From the NCBI GenBank assembly GCA_964016885.1, contig OZ024741.1, positions 298,964,001-299,028,000 on the forward strand: 64,000 bases of DNA. The letters run 5' to 3'. The notes under the pieces are model-generated. The model ran no database searches and was not told the DNA's origin. It saw only the letters and a list, made by a program, of their open reading frames with translations. The DNA comes from Eledone cirrhosa (taxonomy: Eukaryota). Below, one piece after another: positions 12,575 to 24,765 of this stretch (its first letter is position 1; every line of letters begins with the position of its first letter). The position numbers and the translations under genes were made by a program.

Positions 12575-15500
12575 ACGGCGATGAATTTGTTTTGAGAGGT
12601 TTTTGATATGAAATCGTGTGTCGAAACAAATATTGTTATACTTGGGGAGGGTCATATTGTTGTAATAATATTGCCAGAATTAATAACAGAACACACTCAC
12701 TGTTTGGTTGGTTTTCGCTTCTGTATCTTTTATATCAGTTAATTCATTCGGTCCTCAATTTTTACCATTGACTGACCAACGGTCAAAAATACATATATAA
12801 TATAGATATAAACACATATAGTCTAACAAAGTTCTTTCGTTGCACATCTGCAACATCGTCAGTGGTGCTATTATGTTCCTCCTGTTGTATTGTATATTTA
12901 TGTCATCTTTATTTAATCAGTTTATTTATTTATTTATTTATTTTTGTCTTCTCTGCGTATGCGTTTGCGTGTGTGTATAGTGTTTGGTGTGTGTTCGCGT
13001 TTGGGTGACTGTGTTTTGGTTATTGTATTATATCTTAGTTTACTAGTGTGTGTTTATATGTTTGTTGTTATTGTGCTTGTGTATACATTTATTTATTTAT
13101 TTATTCATATTTTTGTTATGTCAGTATTGTTTGTTTGGGTGTTGTTGTTATTCCATTAATTTTTTCTGCTTAGCTTTGGCCTTCTAAGTTGTCTATGTTA
13201 CCATCATGTTGTTGTCTGGCGTGTTCGTATAGTACTGAACCGTTTTTTTCGTCCTTTTAGTCCCCCCAGTGTTGGTCTATCCTTTCACCTATGCTACGAG
13301 CTGTCTCACCTATGTATGTTTTCATGTTTCTGCAAGTACCCTCTGTACATCTTATGCTATAGACTACGTTTCTAGTTTTACAGTTTATCCGGGGGTTTAC
13401 TTTACATATAATGCATTTCCTATTAGTACAGTGGGTTTTCTTAAAAGGGTGCGTTTTGCTGATCAGGGATTTTATGGTAGTTCCTGGCTTTTCTACCACC
13501 TTAACCTTTAAGTGGGTCTTTCTCAGGGCCTTTCTACACTGGTTAGCTAATTTCCTTCCAGGGGTAGCGTCCACGAACATGACACTCTGGTACTCTGGTT
13601 GTCGTACCATGAGTTGGCTTTCCCTATCTTATGTTTAGTCCTATGTAAGCTATTCCATGATTTGCTCCTGTATAATGGGCAAATTCCTTTCGTGTCCAGT
13701 CCTATGAGGGTATATACTTCTCCGTGGCTCCTTCGTATACTCTGATTCTGTCTCTTTCGTTGTAGCCAGTGATCTGCAGGCGGTTGGATGTGTCTTTCCA
13801 TTTCTGTTAGGTCGCACATGCGGGGACACGTTCTTCATCACTCGTACCAAGTCTGCGATCAGAATATTAAACTTAACACTACTGGACATTGCTAAGTTTT
13901 TGAGTATCACGTATTTGGAGGCCATGGGCTTAGCGTAGTGTGAGTGGAGAATTTGGGACCTCCCGCCCATAGTGTTAATCCAGAGTCCCGTGTCTAATAC
14001 AGATAGTCTACTGTCAGGGTGTTTGGAAGGGTAGTCGATAGTTACAATTATACTCTGGTGTATGGAATTAGCTATCGGCTGGATGCTTTCCATTGTGCTA
14101 CATTCTAAATCATACTGTCGTGTGGGGGTGTTCTTATTACTATATTAATGTCGTCTACGTAACGAGAATACATGATGAGGTCTATGGAGCTCTCATCAAG
14201 GAGATCTTTGAGTCTCCTTTCCCACCGTACCATAAAAAAGATTGGCAACGTCACCAGCTATGCTGACGCCAATGGCTGCACCCTAATTTTGGGTGTAGAT
14301 CTTCTCGTTGAATTTGAATATGTGGCCCTTTAGGGTAGTTTTGATACTAGCGCCTATTGCATACGCGACCATTTCTCTTACCTGATCATTGTTTTTGGGA
14401 GTCCGTATGACTTTGGTCCACCCAATCCACCTTCCCATGGGAGTCTTCTTTGCCATTGAGGTTATGGTGGGGAGTCTACCTCTTATGGGTCTACTGGGGC
14501 ACAAACAGCTAAGGTCATGGCTGTCTAGGTAGTCGGTGTCATAGGTAAGTCTAAGTAGGAGGCCCAGTACATCTGTGTCGACGTCGCAGAACTCCACCCC
14601 ACTCTCACTGATCATCTCCGCACATTTTTCCACAGCAAAATCAATGTTAATGGATGGGTATACTGATACCACGTCCATACTACCTATTATGCAGTTTGAT
14701 AGGTTTTTGTTTTTGTTGCCTTCATTGATTCTGCTGAAGAGGTCCTCTGTATTGTCACATAAATCTGGGAACATCTTGATTATGGGGCGTATAACCATTG
14801 AGAGGAAGTAGGAGATCCTGTAGTTGCTAGCGATATTGGCTCCGCATACAGGTCTTGTTGGTGGTCCTGTTGTCACGTCGTCTTATGGTCTTTGCGGAGC
14901 CCATACAAGGGGGGCATGTCATTGTTAGACGCCTGGACGTTGTTGGCAGTGTGTCTGCTTGGCCTTAGAATGTCGGCCCACACTATCATGTGAGCGTTGA
15001 GGATCTTCTCTCTCCCCTCATGTATTTGTGATGTGGGGTTGCATAGCCTTGATGTAGTTTGGCATGCTGTCTATTGACATCCTACCAGACTTATCCGTGG
15101 GTAGACATACTACTTCACCATCTCTTGGGCGCTGCTTGAGGCTAACTAAGCCTTCTACAGGTTTCCTTCCAAGTTGTTGGACGTCTGGTCTGCTTTGTCT
15201 CTTAGTATATCGGTCTACTATTTCTCTAACCTTATTCCTAGCTATGGTGAACTGTACCTCTGTCTCGTCATCTATTTGTTGTGGTATACAAACACTTTTA
15301 TTAAAGAGTTATCTCGTAGGATACATTTTACTCATCTTATAGGTTTTGTCAGCTGGATTGAAGAATAGTTTCTCTAAGGGGTTGTCATTATGTCTATCGT
15401 CATAGTTGTGTGTGTTGCCATTATTGTTGTTATGGTCGTTGTTCCTACCATTAACATTATTATTATTGTTATGGTTGTTAGATGTATTGTTGTTGTTTTC

Positions 15501-15640
15501 TCTATTGTTATTGTTGTTGTTACTGTTATTTCTACCATTATGGTTGTTACTTTTATTATTATGTTTCTTGTCATGAATCAGACTGTAAGCTATTCTGTCA
15601 TCTTTCGCCGAAAAGAAGTGACATAGTTACTACTTTAAAA
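12575..15640 (-). mobile_element. Degenerate Penelope-like element (Neptune-type): RT, Cys-rich linker, GIY-YIG endonuclease, 3' pLTR
   Basis: RT motifs PTRPVCGA, SMDVVSVYPSI, GAAIG and YSRYVDDINI (about 14142-14170); CIIC..CKTRNVVYSIRC...YIGETARSIGERIDQH (13257-13610); stops and frameshifts; pLTR 12575-12870 with hammerhead. Confidence 0.9.
12823..12870 (-). ncRNA. Minimal hammerhead in the PLE pLTR (stem I degraded)
   Basis: ca-CUGACGA-u-guugca-gaug-ugcaac-GAAA-GAAC-UU-ug. Confidence 0.65.
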
Positions 15641-15676
15641 ATGATAGCGTAAGGTCTTAAAAATGTTTTTAATTAA

Positions 15677-15743
15677 ACATACGGTATATTGCCAAATATA
15701 CTATGCATACATTCATGTATACATCGCTATTTCAGAGCACCAA
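15677..15743 (+). repeat. Direct repeat R, copy 1 (copy 2 at 17177-17238)
   Basis: acatacggtatattg(c/g)caaatatactat...catgtatacatcgctatttcagagcaccaa occurs twice, about 1.5 kb apart. Confidence 0.85.
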
Positions 15744-15824
15744 TATATATATATATATATATAGTAATAATAATAAAAGGGTGAAAGCAACGATTCTTTG
15801 CTTAAACTTTAATCTGTTATTTTA

Positions 15825-15865
<41 letters not shown>

Positions 15866-16066
15866 TATGTATACGTATATACATATATGTATACAGACGT
15901 ACAGTAGTATTTATATATATCCATACATGCACACATATATATATGTACGTATGGATTCACCGAACATTTATTATAATGCTCGGTGTGTTTGTAAACGAAC
16001 ATCCCGAATTAAGCCGTACAGTGTTTAGCAACCATCGTTGCCCTTTTGTTCAACACTGACAAAGGA

Positions 16067-16109
16067 ACGATGTACTAGTTTCAAGCTTATTAGCTATCGT
16101 CAGCACCGT
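16067..16109 (-). ncRNA. Canonical minimal type I hammerhead ribozyme
   Basis: acggug-CUGACGA-uagcuaauaagcuu-GAAA-CUAG-UA-caucgu; 6-bp stem I, palindromic ACUAGU stem III, GUA triplet. Confidence 0.85.
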
Positions 16110-16981
16110 ATACCTTCCTGCCAGATGATTGAACGTCTGAAAGTATATACTTTCCTTATGCATTTTATGTTCCATAATTGTTTTTTTGCAAGCGTTTGTA
16201 TTTAACAAAATATAAACTTTCCATAATAAATTTATGCAAGTGTCTTTGACAAGTTATGCTCAATAACACTAAATAATATGGGGAGAGTTAGTGTTGCTAA
16301 AAGCATCCACATTCCTAATTATATTTAGAGTTAAACGAAACGCGGACAGTATTTTTCGTTAAAATATGTTAACGAAAGGGTTAACATATTAACACTTTCA
16401 CAGCTTCATTCTCAATGAGCTCGTATTCTAAAGAATTCATTTGGGCTGAAGGTTTAGGGTAAATAATATAAAAAATAATAAAAGAAAGAAAACAATAAAA
16501 ATTGGAAGCTAAGACGTCTGCATTTACGATACAAGCATTCATTAACTTAGATTCTCGTATATCATCCGTTCACTCATTACAGCAATGCATACATTATTTT
16601 CAGGTGGATAGCGACAAGAGTCTTGTTTACATTATATTTCGCTGTTCCTACGCCAATCCTCTCTTATTGATTGCATGTGGTTGATTAACACTTAATATTC
16701 TGAAATAATTTAGCCTAATACATGTAACAATAGATCTTTAATTCAAATGTTTATAGCGGAGGGATTTGTGTGAACATTTGCAATATTTTGATATTTAATG
16801 TGATTCAGTCGGAGTTCTGTTTTGTTTTATTCAAGAATACTTTGCTCTCGTAGTTTCTTGAAGTACTGGATGTAAGAGGCTATTATAATCCCCCGGTAGT
16901 GATTTAGCAGAACAAATCTAATAAGGGTTTATTAATTCAACTGTTCTATAGAAAGATAAAAGAAAGTCAGACAAAACTTAC

Positions 16982-17127
16982 CTTTTACAACTCTCGGACG
17001 TCCAGCAATAGTTCGTCCGGAGAGAAAAGCTGCGAATATCAAAACTATTATAACCAGCCGTTTCATTAAATCTCCGTCTGATATCTTTATTCTTTGTGCC
17101 GATCGGACTCGAAACACAACAGATATC
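16982..17127 (-). CDS. Exon E of GPR158-like GPCR; ICL2 plus TM4
   Basis: Acceptor ttttacag and donor gtaagt; 146 nt, phase 2-1, compatible with exon D; (R)ISVVFRVRSAQRIKISDGDLMKRLVIIVLIFAAFLSGRTIAGRPRVVK. Confidence 0.92.
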
Positions 17128-17239
17128 CTGTAAAATATACGAAGATGAGTGTCAATGAATTAGTATTTTAATTATACATACGGTATATTGGCAAATATAC
17201 TATATATACATGTATACATCGCTATTTCAGAGCACCAAT

Positions 17240-17274
<35 letters not shown>

Positions 17275-17277
<3 letters not shown>

Positions 17278-17660
17278 TTTCTGAATTTGTTTAGCAAGAT
17301 ACTTTATCTGAAATCGTGTGTTGAAACCGATATTGTTATACTTTGGGAGGGTCATGTTGCCAATAAGAAACACACGCACCAGTTGCTTTCACTTCAATTT
17401 AATTTATTATATATTTATAAATTTACAAATTTATAAATTTCTGGTTGGTTGGTTGGTTCCACAACCAGATAGTTGTTTATATATATATAGTCATAGTTCT
17501 TTCGTCACACACTCTGTGACCTCTTCAGTGACTGGGGATTTCTTTCTTCGTTTCTGTGCCTTTCCTTTCTTCTATCCTACGCCATTTTTCAAAATGGTTC
17601 TGGAGATGGCGGATTCTCGCTTGGACAAGTTGACTGGGTATACTAAGTACTCGTACTTTA
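17275..17660 (-). mobile_element. Solo Penelope pLTR (family B) with hammerhead
   Basis: Homologous to the 12575-12870 pLTR; next to (TA)n. Confidence 0.7.
17489..17533 (-). ncRNA. Minimal type I hammerhead ribozyme
   Basis: aguca-CUGAAGA-g-gucaca-gagug-ugugac-GAAA-GAAC-UA-ugacu. Confidence 0.8.
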
Positions 17661-17739
17661 GATGTATCCGGAACAATAGAATTACAGCTGAACACTGTGT
17701 GACAAGTCAGTCGCTTCCGAGAGAAAACATTGATTGTAG

Positions 17740-18210
17740 TTAGAGAAATCAAAGAATATTTGGTTGCCAATGACAAGATATTATTGCCACAACAGCACAT
17801 AGAAAGTAGGTTTGATGAAACAATTTATAAAGACTTTAATCAGAGATGGGATCTGTTACATATGTAAACAATCTCCTGCTCTTTACATAGAAAAGCCGAT
17901 CGCAGGTATTTCGGTTGAGAGTAAGTCAGGAAAGAGACGAAAGACTGCGTTTCTAAGCCTCAATGGACACATTTAGGGCATGTAGATGATGATCGTTTAG
18001 TAACAAATTTCCTTGGGATCTATAACGCCGATAACTACATTAAAGAAGAGTAAGATATGGCTAAAGTCATTTTGATTGCTTCCCAGGTAACATCGGTGAT
18101 CTAAGCGAGGAACAAGATGAATAGTTTTACAAAGAACTAAGGCCCATGGAATAACAGTTCAGTGGACGATGGGATAATCACATTATGTATTACTGCTGGA
18201 ACATCTAAGG
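17740..18210 (+). mobile_element. Highly degenerate Chapaev3/CMC-like DNA transposase remnant
   Basis: Fragments KILLPQQH..VGLMKQFIKTLIRDG, NFLG..ADNY, HFDCFPGNIGDLSEEQDE.FYKELRPME..FSGRWD..YYCWNI resemble the KILLPPLHIKLGLMKQFVKAL...SEEQGERFHQ...YCW signature. Confidence 0.6.
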
Positions 18211-19218
18211 CGAATGTTCAGACACATATCAGAAGAATGGTGTATGTGTGATACCTCAATGAAAACACGTTTATGGCATTCGTGTCTGAAGCTTATTTGT
18301 ATTTAATTATTTATGTTCGTACCTTATTCTTGTTTGATGTTCATATTTTTGTCATCATTTATCATGCATTCGTATTCAATTGGCCACATGAGTCATTTGC
18401 ATTCATTACTTATATAATAGTGTATACATTATATATAAATATATCGAGATATATATCTAATAGGTTTTGTAATTAGAGCAGATGGAGAAAAATGTCATTT
18501 TTAGAATCAATTTAGTCAGAGACAGGACTAACATTAAGTCACTCGAATTCGTATTCCCAGTGTTATATTATATTAGTCAGATTCTCGAACACAGCTTTAT
18601 TGAGAAGAATAATGTTCCCTTATGGCGTTTAAGCATTTTTAAAAATAGCTCTAGCATTGCAAGTGAAGCAAATTTCTTTCCACCTGCAATCGAAACCAGC
18701 TCATGGATTCCACTCTCCAAGGATATCTTGACTTATATAAACTGTGGGAGGACAGAATCAACAACAAACTAAAATTTATTTGTAAAAATCTAAATAAACA
18801 AAACAATTACGATGATAATATATTGAAGATGAGTTTCTTTAGATACAGCGATAATTATACGATTAACATTAATGGCACTTGTAACGGAATACTATCTATA
18901 ATGACATGCTAAAATGACAAGCCAAAAGCCATATTCATATTTTGAAGATAACTGATTGTATTGACATATCGAAAGAGTGATATATTTGAAGTCACAGACA
19001 GTCGTGTTAAAAATATATTTGATTGACCGTCAGATCAGAGTCTTGCGATCAATTATCAGGCGCTGTACTGAGTGTTTGGCAGACGCAGACACCCTTTACA
19101 CCTAACATTAGTATGGTATCACAGAGAATTACTTTACTTGATTATTGGCAGCACAACACATACACACACACATATGAATATACATATATATATAAATCAA
19201 TAAATACACACACATACG

Positions 19219-19280
<62 letters not shown>

Positions 19281-19282
<2 letters not shown>

Positions 19283-19784
19283 GTATATGCCGGCGTACAT
19301 GTCGACATTTGCAGCCTAAAAATATCTCTCCAAAACCAGGGGTCGACTTGTCCACCGAAAATAAAATGTGAACCTTTACCATGGAGAGGTAAACAGTGAA
19401 GCTGTCTGCTTAACTGTCGTTGTACACCACTTAATATTCCTCACCACACTTATTTCCTACTGAATCTCATATATGTTAAGTATATTAAACGTAGAGATTA
19501 TAGTAATATCAATGTCTTGTTGTAGCTCATTGAGTAGGTTAACATAGGTTCGTTAAGGTTAGGCTGGTTAACTCAGTGAGTTAGAACTCACTTGCGACTG
19601 AAGTGTTTTAGAAGAAGTGTCTTAGCCTTTAGCGCGCAACTAAATATTTTGAATTATTTTTCCTGCAACTGCCTTATTTCTTGGAGGTCATATTATCCGG
19701 CGAATATAGGCCTAAACCTGAATTACAACTCAGAATTTTCGTAGTGGACCTATCCGCCGGATCGGATCGTACGCTGGTACATAC

Positions 19785-19786
<2 letters not shown>
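19281..19786. mobile_element. Tc1/mariner-superfamily (Tc2/pogo-like) MITE
   Basis: TIRs ccgtatatgccggcgtac / gtacgctggtacatacgg flanked by TA on both sides. Confidence 0.65.
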
Positions 19787-19835
<49 letters not shown>

Positions 19836-20177
19836 ATAGATATAAGTGTATATATATTACTCTTTTACTCTTTTACCTGTTTCAGCCATCCGGCTGAGGC
19901 CATGCTGGGGCACCGCGTGCGTGTATATATGCGTGTATATATATAAGTGTATATATAAGTGTATACATATATACATATATATACAAATGAAAACAGAAAA
20001 ATTAATGTGAGCAAGAAGCCAACAGTATTTCATAATATATAAGTGACTATAACGTCAAAATGGAAAATATTTAACGTAAGATATGGGAAAATAATTAAAA
20101 CTCAATTAAAAAAAAATCAAGAGAGAAATTTTATCCACAGATTTTGTCAAATCCAGGGGAAAAAAAAAAAAAAAAAT

Positions 20178-20184
20178 ATATGTG

Positions 20185-20230
<46 letters not shown>

Positions 20231-20250
20231 TATATATATATATATATGCG

Positions 20251-20294
<44 letters not shown>

Positions 20295-20483
20295 GTGTAT
20301 ATATATATATATAGTGTATATATATATATATATATTGTAATTATATATATATATATATTGTGTATATATATATATATATATTGTAATTATATATATATAT
20401 ATTGTATATATATATATATAGTGTATATATATATATATATAGTATATATATACATATATAGTATATATATATACATATATATA

Positions 20484-20535
<52 letters not shown>

Positions 20536-20558
20536 TGTATATAGTGTATATATATATA

Positions 20559-20595
<37 letters not shown>

Positions 20596-20826
20596 GTGTA
20601 TATATATATATATATTTATAGTGTATATATATATAACTATATATATATAGTGTATATATATATATATATATAGTATATATATAGTATATATATATATAGT
20701 ATATATATATATATATAGTTTAAATATATATATATAGTATATATATATATAGTTTATATATATATAGTATATATATATATAATTTATATATATATAGTAT
20801 ATATATATATAATTTATATATATATA

Positions 20827-20872
<46 letters not shown>
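20178..20872. repeat. Large interrupted (TA)n array with internal higher-order units
   Basis: Direct inspection. Confidence 0.95.
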
Positions 20873-20874
<2 letters not shown>

Positions 20875-21290
20875 CGAAGGAAATGTGGTAAGGAACCAGG
20901 TGGACCATAACGCAGCAAAGTACTCAATACTTAGGGTAGTAGAGTGGGTAATAGGAACGAGTAGGACCCCGACGGCTGAGCTCAAGCCGTTTCGACGGCT
21001 AGTTCTGGACTAAATGAAAATGTTTATCCTGGTATTTGAATAGCCGAGCTTCTCAGGGGGTAATTCCCTATATGGTAAAAGTGATTGTCACAAGGATTGG
21101 TCAAAAGTTTGTTGTTGAGACATAATAATTCTATCATGGCAATTTGTGGAGGGAAGGGGTAGCTGAACCTGCCAGTAGAAGAAAGAGGGAGAGGGTGTCG
21201 AAGAAACCCTTTCGTGCGTTGATAGTGCCAACTATGGCTGGGCAGGAGGTCAAAGCAGATACTAGGGGGGGGGGGAGTCGAAACAATAAG
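20873..21290 (-). mobile_element. pLTR-like family C element with hammerhead-like motif
   Basis: Duplicate of 1545-1683; minus strand 20966-21061 reads acccc-CUGAGAA-gcu-cggcua...uagccg-uc-GAAA-cggcu-ugagcuc-agccg-UC-ggggu. Confidence 0.6.
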
Positions 21291-21412
21291 TGAAACAATA
21301 TGGGGTAAATATATAGAAAAATACAGGGAGTGTTAAAAAACAATTAAGTGTAAAGAAAAAACAATTTCTGGCTACTATAACCTATAGTAACCAGAAATTG
21401 TTACACACACAC

Positions 21413-21454
<42 letters not shown>

Positions 21455-21735
21455 TTTCGGTGCAGTGGCTGAGGAGATCACATATTAGGGTAGTACTCTA
21501 TGCATGGAAAGAAGGAGTGTGGGTATAAAGGAAGGTAAACACCCGAGACCTAGCGGTTTCGGCTTGTATTCAGGCTCGGGTTTTAACTTTCCTTTACACA
21601 CACACACACACACTCACACATACACACTCAGACACACACACACACACATATATAAATACGTATATATATATATATATATATATATACATGTGCGTGCGTA
21701 TACGTGTGTGTGTCTATGTATATATATATATATAT

Positions 21736-22003
21736 ATATTGTTATACTTTGGGAGGGTCAAGTTGCCAATGAGAAACACACGCACCAGTAGCTTTCACAA
21801 TCAATTTATTATAAATTTCCGGTTGGTTGGTTGGTTCCACAACCGGTTGTGGAACCAGCCAACCGGAAATTTATAATAAATTGTGATGGACGCAACAGGT
21901 GCGTGTGTTTCTTATTGGCAACATGACCCACCCAAACTATAACAATATCGGTTTCAACACACGTTTTCAGATAAAGAATCCTGCTAAACAAATTCAGAAA
22001 CGA
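21736..22003. mobile_element. Head-to-head fold-back of Penelope pLTR family B
   Basis: Arms 21736-21844/21845-21948 centred on ccacaacc|ggttgtgg; the right arm extends unpaired to 22003; flanked by (TA)n. Confidence 0.8.
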
Positions 22004-22124
22004 AATATATATATATACATATATATCTACATAGTGCACACATTCACACATACCCACGCATACTTACACACATGTATATTTATCATTTATTAATATATAT
22101 ACGAGCTAAATCTCACAAGTAGTA

Positions 22125-22166
22125 CATGACAAAACGTTTCATCCTGAAGAAGGAAATCGCCAGATG
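22125..22166 (-). ncRNA. Degenerate hammerhead motif
   Basis: cau-CUGGCGA-uu-uccu-ucuuc-agga-u-GAAA-cguuuu-GUC-aug; core A6 changed to G. Confidence 0.45.
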
Positions 22167-22181
22167 GATAATGACAGAACA

Positions 22182-22392
22182 TTTGTTCAAATAAAGGTTA
22201 TTAAATAGCATTTGGTTTCCATGGTAACGCGCTGCAAAGTGTTATTGAAATTTATGAACGAAGAAATATCAGCATCGGAAAGCTTACGAAATTCTCATCC
22301 ACATTTGAAAATGATACCGCTCTGTCAAACTCACTGTTCATATCATGCTACTATCGATACTAAAAGCTTTTAATAACCTTTATTTGAACAAA
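22182..22392. repeat. MITE-like element with terminal inverted repeats
   Basis: tttgttcaaataaaggttattaaa / tttaataacctttatttgaacaaa. Confidence 0.6.
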
Positions 22393-22799
22393 ATCCTATA
22401 CACATTAACAACTTAGCGATTACCTTTACTGACATAAAACTCAACATCTCCAACCAAACGTGTGCTTTAACCACTATATATCACCTTTCAACAACCTGTT
22501 GTAATGACGTAGCAGAAACTATTAAAAAAATAAAACGAGTTTGTCAATTTATGTGTTTATAATATATCTTTTCTAGTGGACGGATTGAAATTGTGAAATT
22601 TCCACTATTAGTATAATGTGTTTAGGTTTTGATGTGATACAGTCATAGTACTATCTTGTAACTTCCAAGAATGTCTTACTAATGTGGTTTCAGTGGCACA
22701 GGACGTTAAGAATTAATAAATATAATCTAAATTTGTATTGAGTACTCTCTACTTTGTTTGAGAAAGGATTTGTAATTGTCTTGTTAATGCTAGGGATAG

Positions 22800-23720
22800 C
22801 ATAAGTGTAAGGGAAACACACTTGACAGAAATCTTGCTGTGGAGCCTTGTAGGCATTTTCTTAAACACCGGTAACTCTTTTACTCAGTCGTATCCCTACT
22901 CTCTAGACTATGTCCTGCTGCTGTATTCAGATAATTTATGAAGATATACTGTGGACGCTGTTTCACAATATATTCCCATCTAAAATTAGATAACGCGCAA
23001 TTCAACTGTCTAAGATTTGAGTCGAAAATGATGGGTGGATTTCACATTTCAGAACAGTTGAAAGTAGCCTCTAAAATCCAAACCACCAGTATCCATGACC
23101 TTTAATTTGTAGATGATTCAGCACTGACTGTTAACACTGAACGGAGTGGAAAAATGCTATGACAGGATCTATGTGACGTTCGACGAACTGGCCTGATCAT
23201 CAGCATCAGAAGATTCAAGTGATGTAACAGTCCTTCTCCAGAAATGTCCTTATTAATGATGAAGTCATTTCTTGAATATTTAACGCAAGAACAGTGGTTG
23301 GAAGACTACACGTAAAACTAAGAATATCATCCCCCAGCTACAATATGAATGTCTACCAAGTAAATGTACTCGCTGTGCTCCATTATACCTAAGAGATATA
23401 CCACTGTCTATAGCAGACTGGCCAAACGTTTGAGGGAATTTCACACCACATTTTCGCAAAACAGGGTTCCATTCACGGAAATGCTCTAACGGAGAAAACT
23501 CAAATAACCAAATTCGTCGGATAGGTCATGAACCAGTGAATTAATTTGTTAGGAATATTCGGATGTCAATACATCTTTATTGTGACAAACTCTCTATATG
23601 GTAAAAAAACAGTCGGTATCCAGGATAGGGACTAGAAAATGTGCTGACATATAAAATGTGAGAACAGCTTGCTAAGACTCCTCCGCATAAGTAAAGGAGA
23701 AAATCATTCTCAAAAGAAAC
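22800..23720 (+). mobile_element. Ancient RTE-clade LINE RT remnant
   Basis: Remnant IHDL.FVDDSALTVNTE...GLIISIR..QVM.QSFS similar to the RTE at 48063-49148. Confidence 0.55.
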
Positions 23721-24206
23721 GTATGTAAGTAGTAAAAAAACAAATTTGAAATTTACTATGCTCGGTCAATCGGCACCTCCAAAATAAACTCCAGACTTAT
23801 TTATTAGTTTTCATATCATTTTCTTCCTTTTCTTATTTTTTATTTTGAAACCATTTTATGTTGCTGCTGTTGCAAACAAAATTGTTGAGGGTAACCTCAA
23901 TGGTGATGTAGCCAACCAAAAGATTCTTTCATCTCTCAGTGTGGAATCTAAAACAACTTTTTGCTTCTTCTTGGCCAAGCGCTTAAACTAATCATTTAAC
24001 TAACACATGTACAACGCAGTCATCTGTTAAAGCCAAGGGAAGTAGCAACTGCTTGAATTCCTATCCCACCATCTTTACTCTAGCAGCCATGGTTAAAACC
24101 AAGACTAAAAAGATTAAAACATTTATAAAAAAAATGTACAAATCTAATTTTAAGAATTGTTAAAATAGCTTTATGTCTGCATGTGGTCTCTACTTGCCAG
24201 AAAATC

Positions 24207-24391
24207 TTTGATCAGCAATCTACGAACACAAAAAGGTCAATCAAGCGCATAGCCAAAGCTGGTCTTCATCGATCATTGATAACAGAACACAATATATATA
24301 TATATGTATAGATATATGTATATATATGTGTGTGGGTGTGTGTGTGTGGGGGGGGGGGGGGGGAGTATGTGGGTGTGTGATTGCATGTACG

Positions 24392-24423
<32 letters not shown>

Positions 24424-24573
24424 CGTATATATATACATGCATACGCACAGATACACACACATCTATGTTTAGATACATATATACATAAATTGTGTTCGGT
24501 TATCAATGATCGATGAAGACTATGGTTTTGGCTACGCGCTTGATTTCCCTTTATGTGTCCGTAGGTTGCTGAT

Positions 24574-24577
<4 letters not shown>
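24207..24577. repeat. Inverted repeat enclosing a microsatellite spacer
   Basis: Arms 24207-24293 and 24489-24577. Confidence 0.8.
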
Positions 24578-24611
<34 letters not shown>

Positions 24612-24649
24612 TATATATAAATATATATATAAATATATATATAAATACA

Positions 24650-24692
<43 letters not shown>

Positions 24693-24702
24693 TATATGAA
24701 TT

Positions 24703-24765
<63 letters not shown>

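Noticed and set aside
16982-17066. Apparent signal peptide MKRLVIIVLIFAAFLSG of a small secreted protein
   Set aside because: It is TM4 of the GPCR; the exon is in frame with upstream exon D
18640-18770. TATA-like tttatataag on the minus strand as a promoter
   Set aside because: Lies inside a GPCR intron in AT-rich DNA, with no supporting first exon or donor
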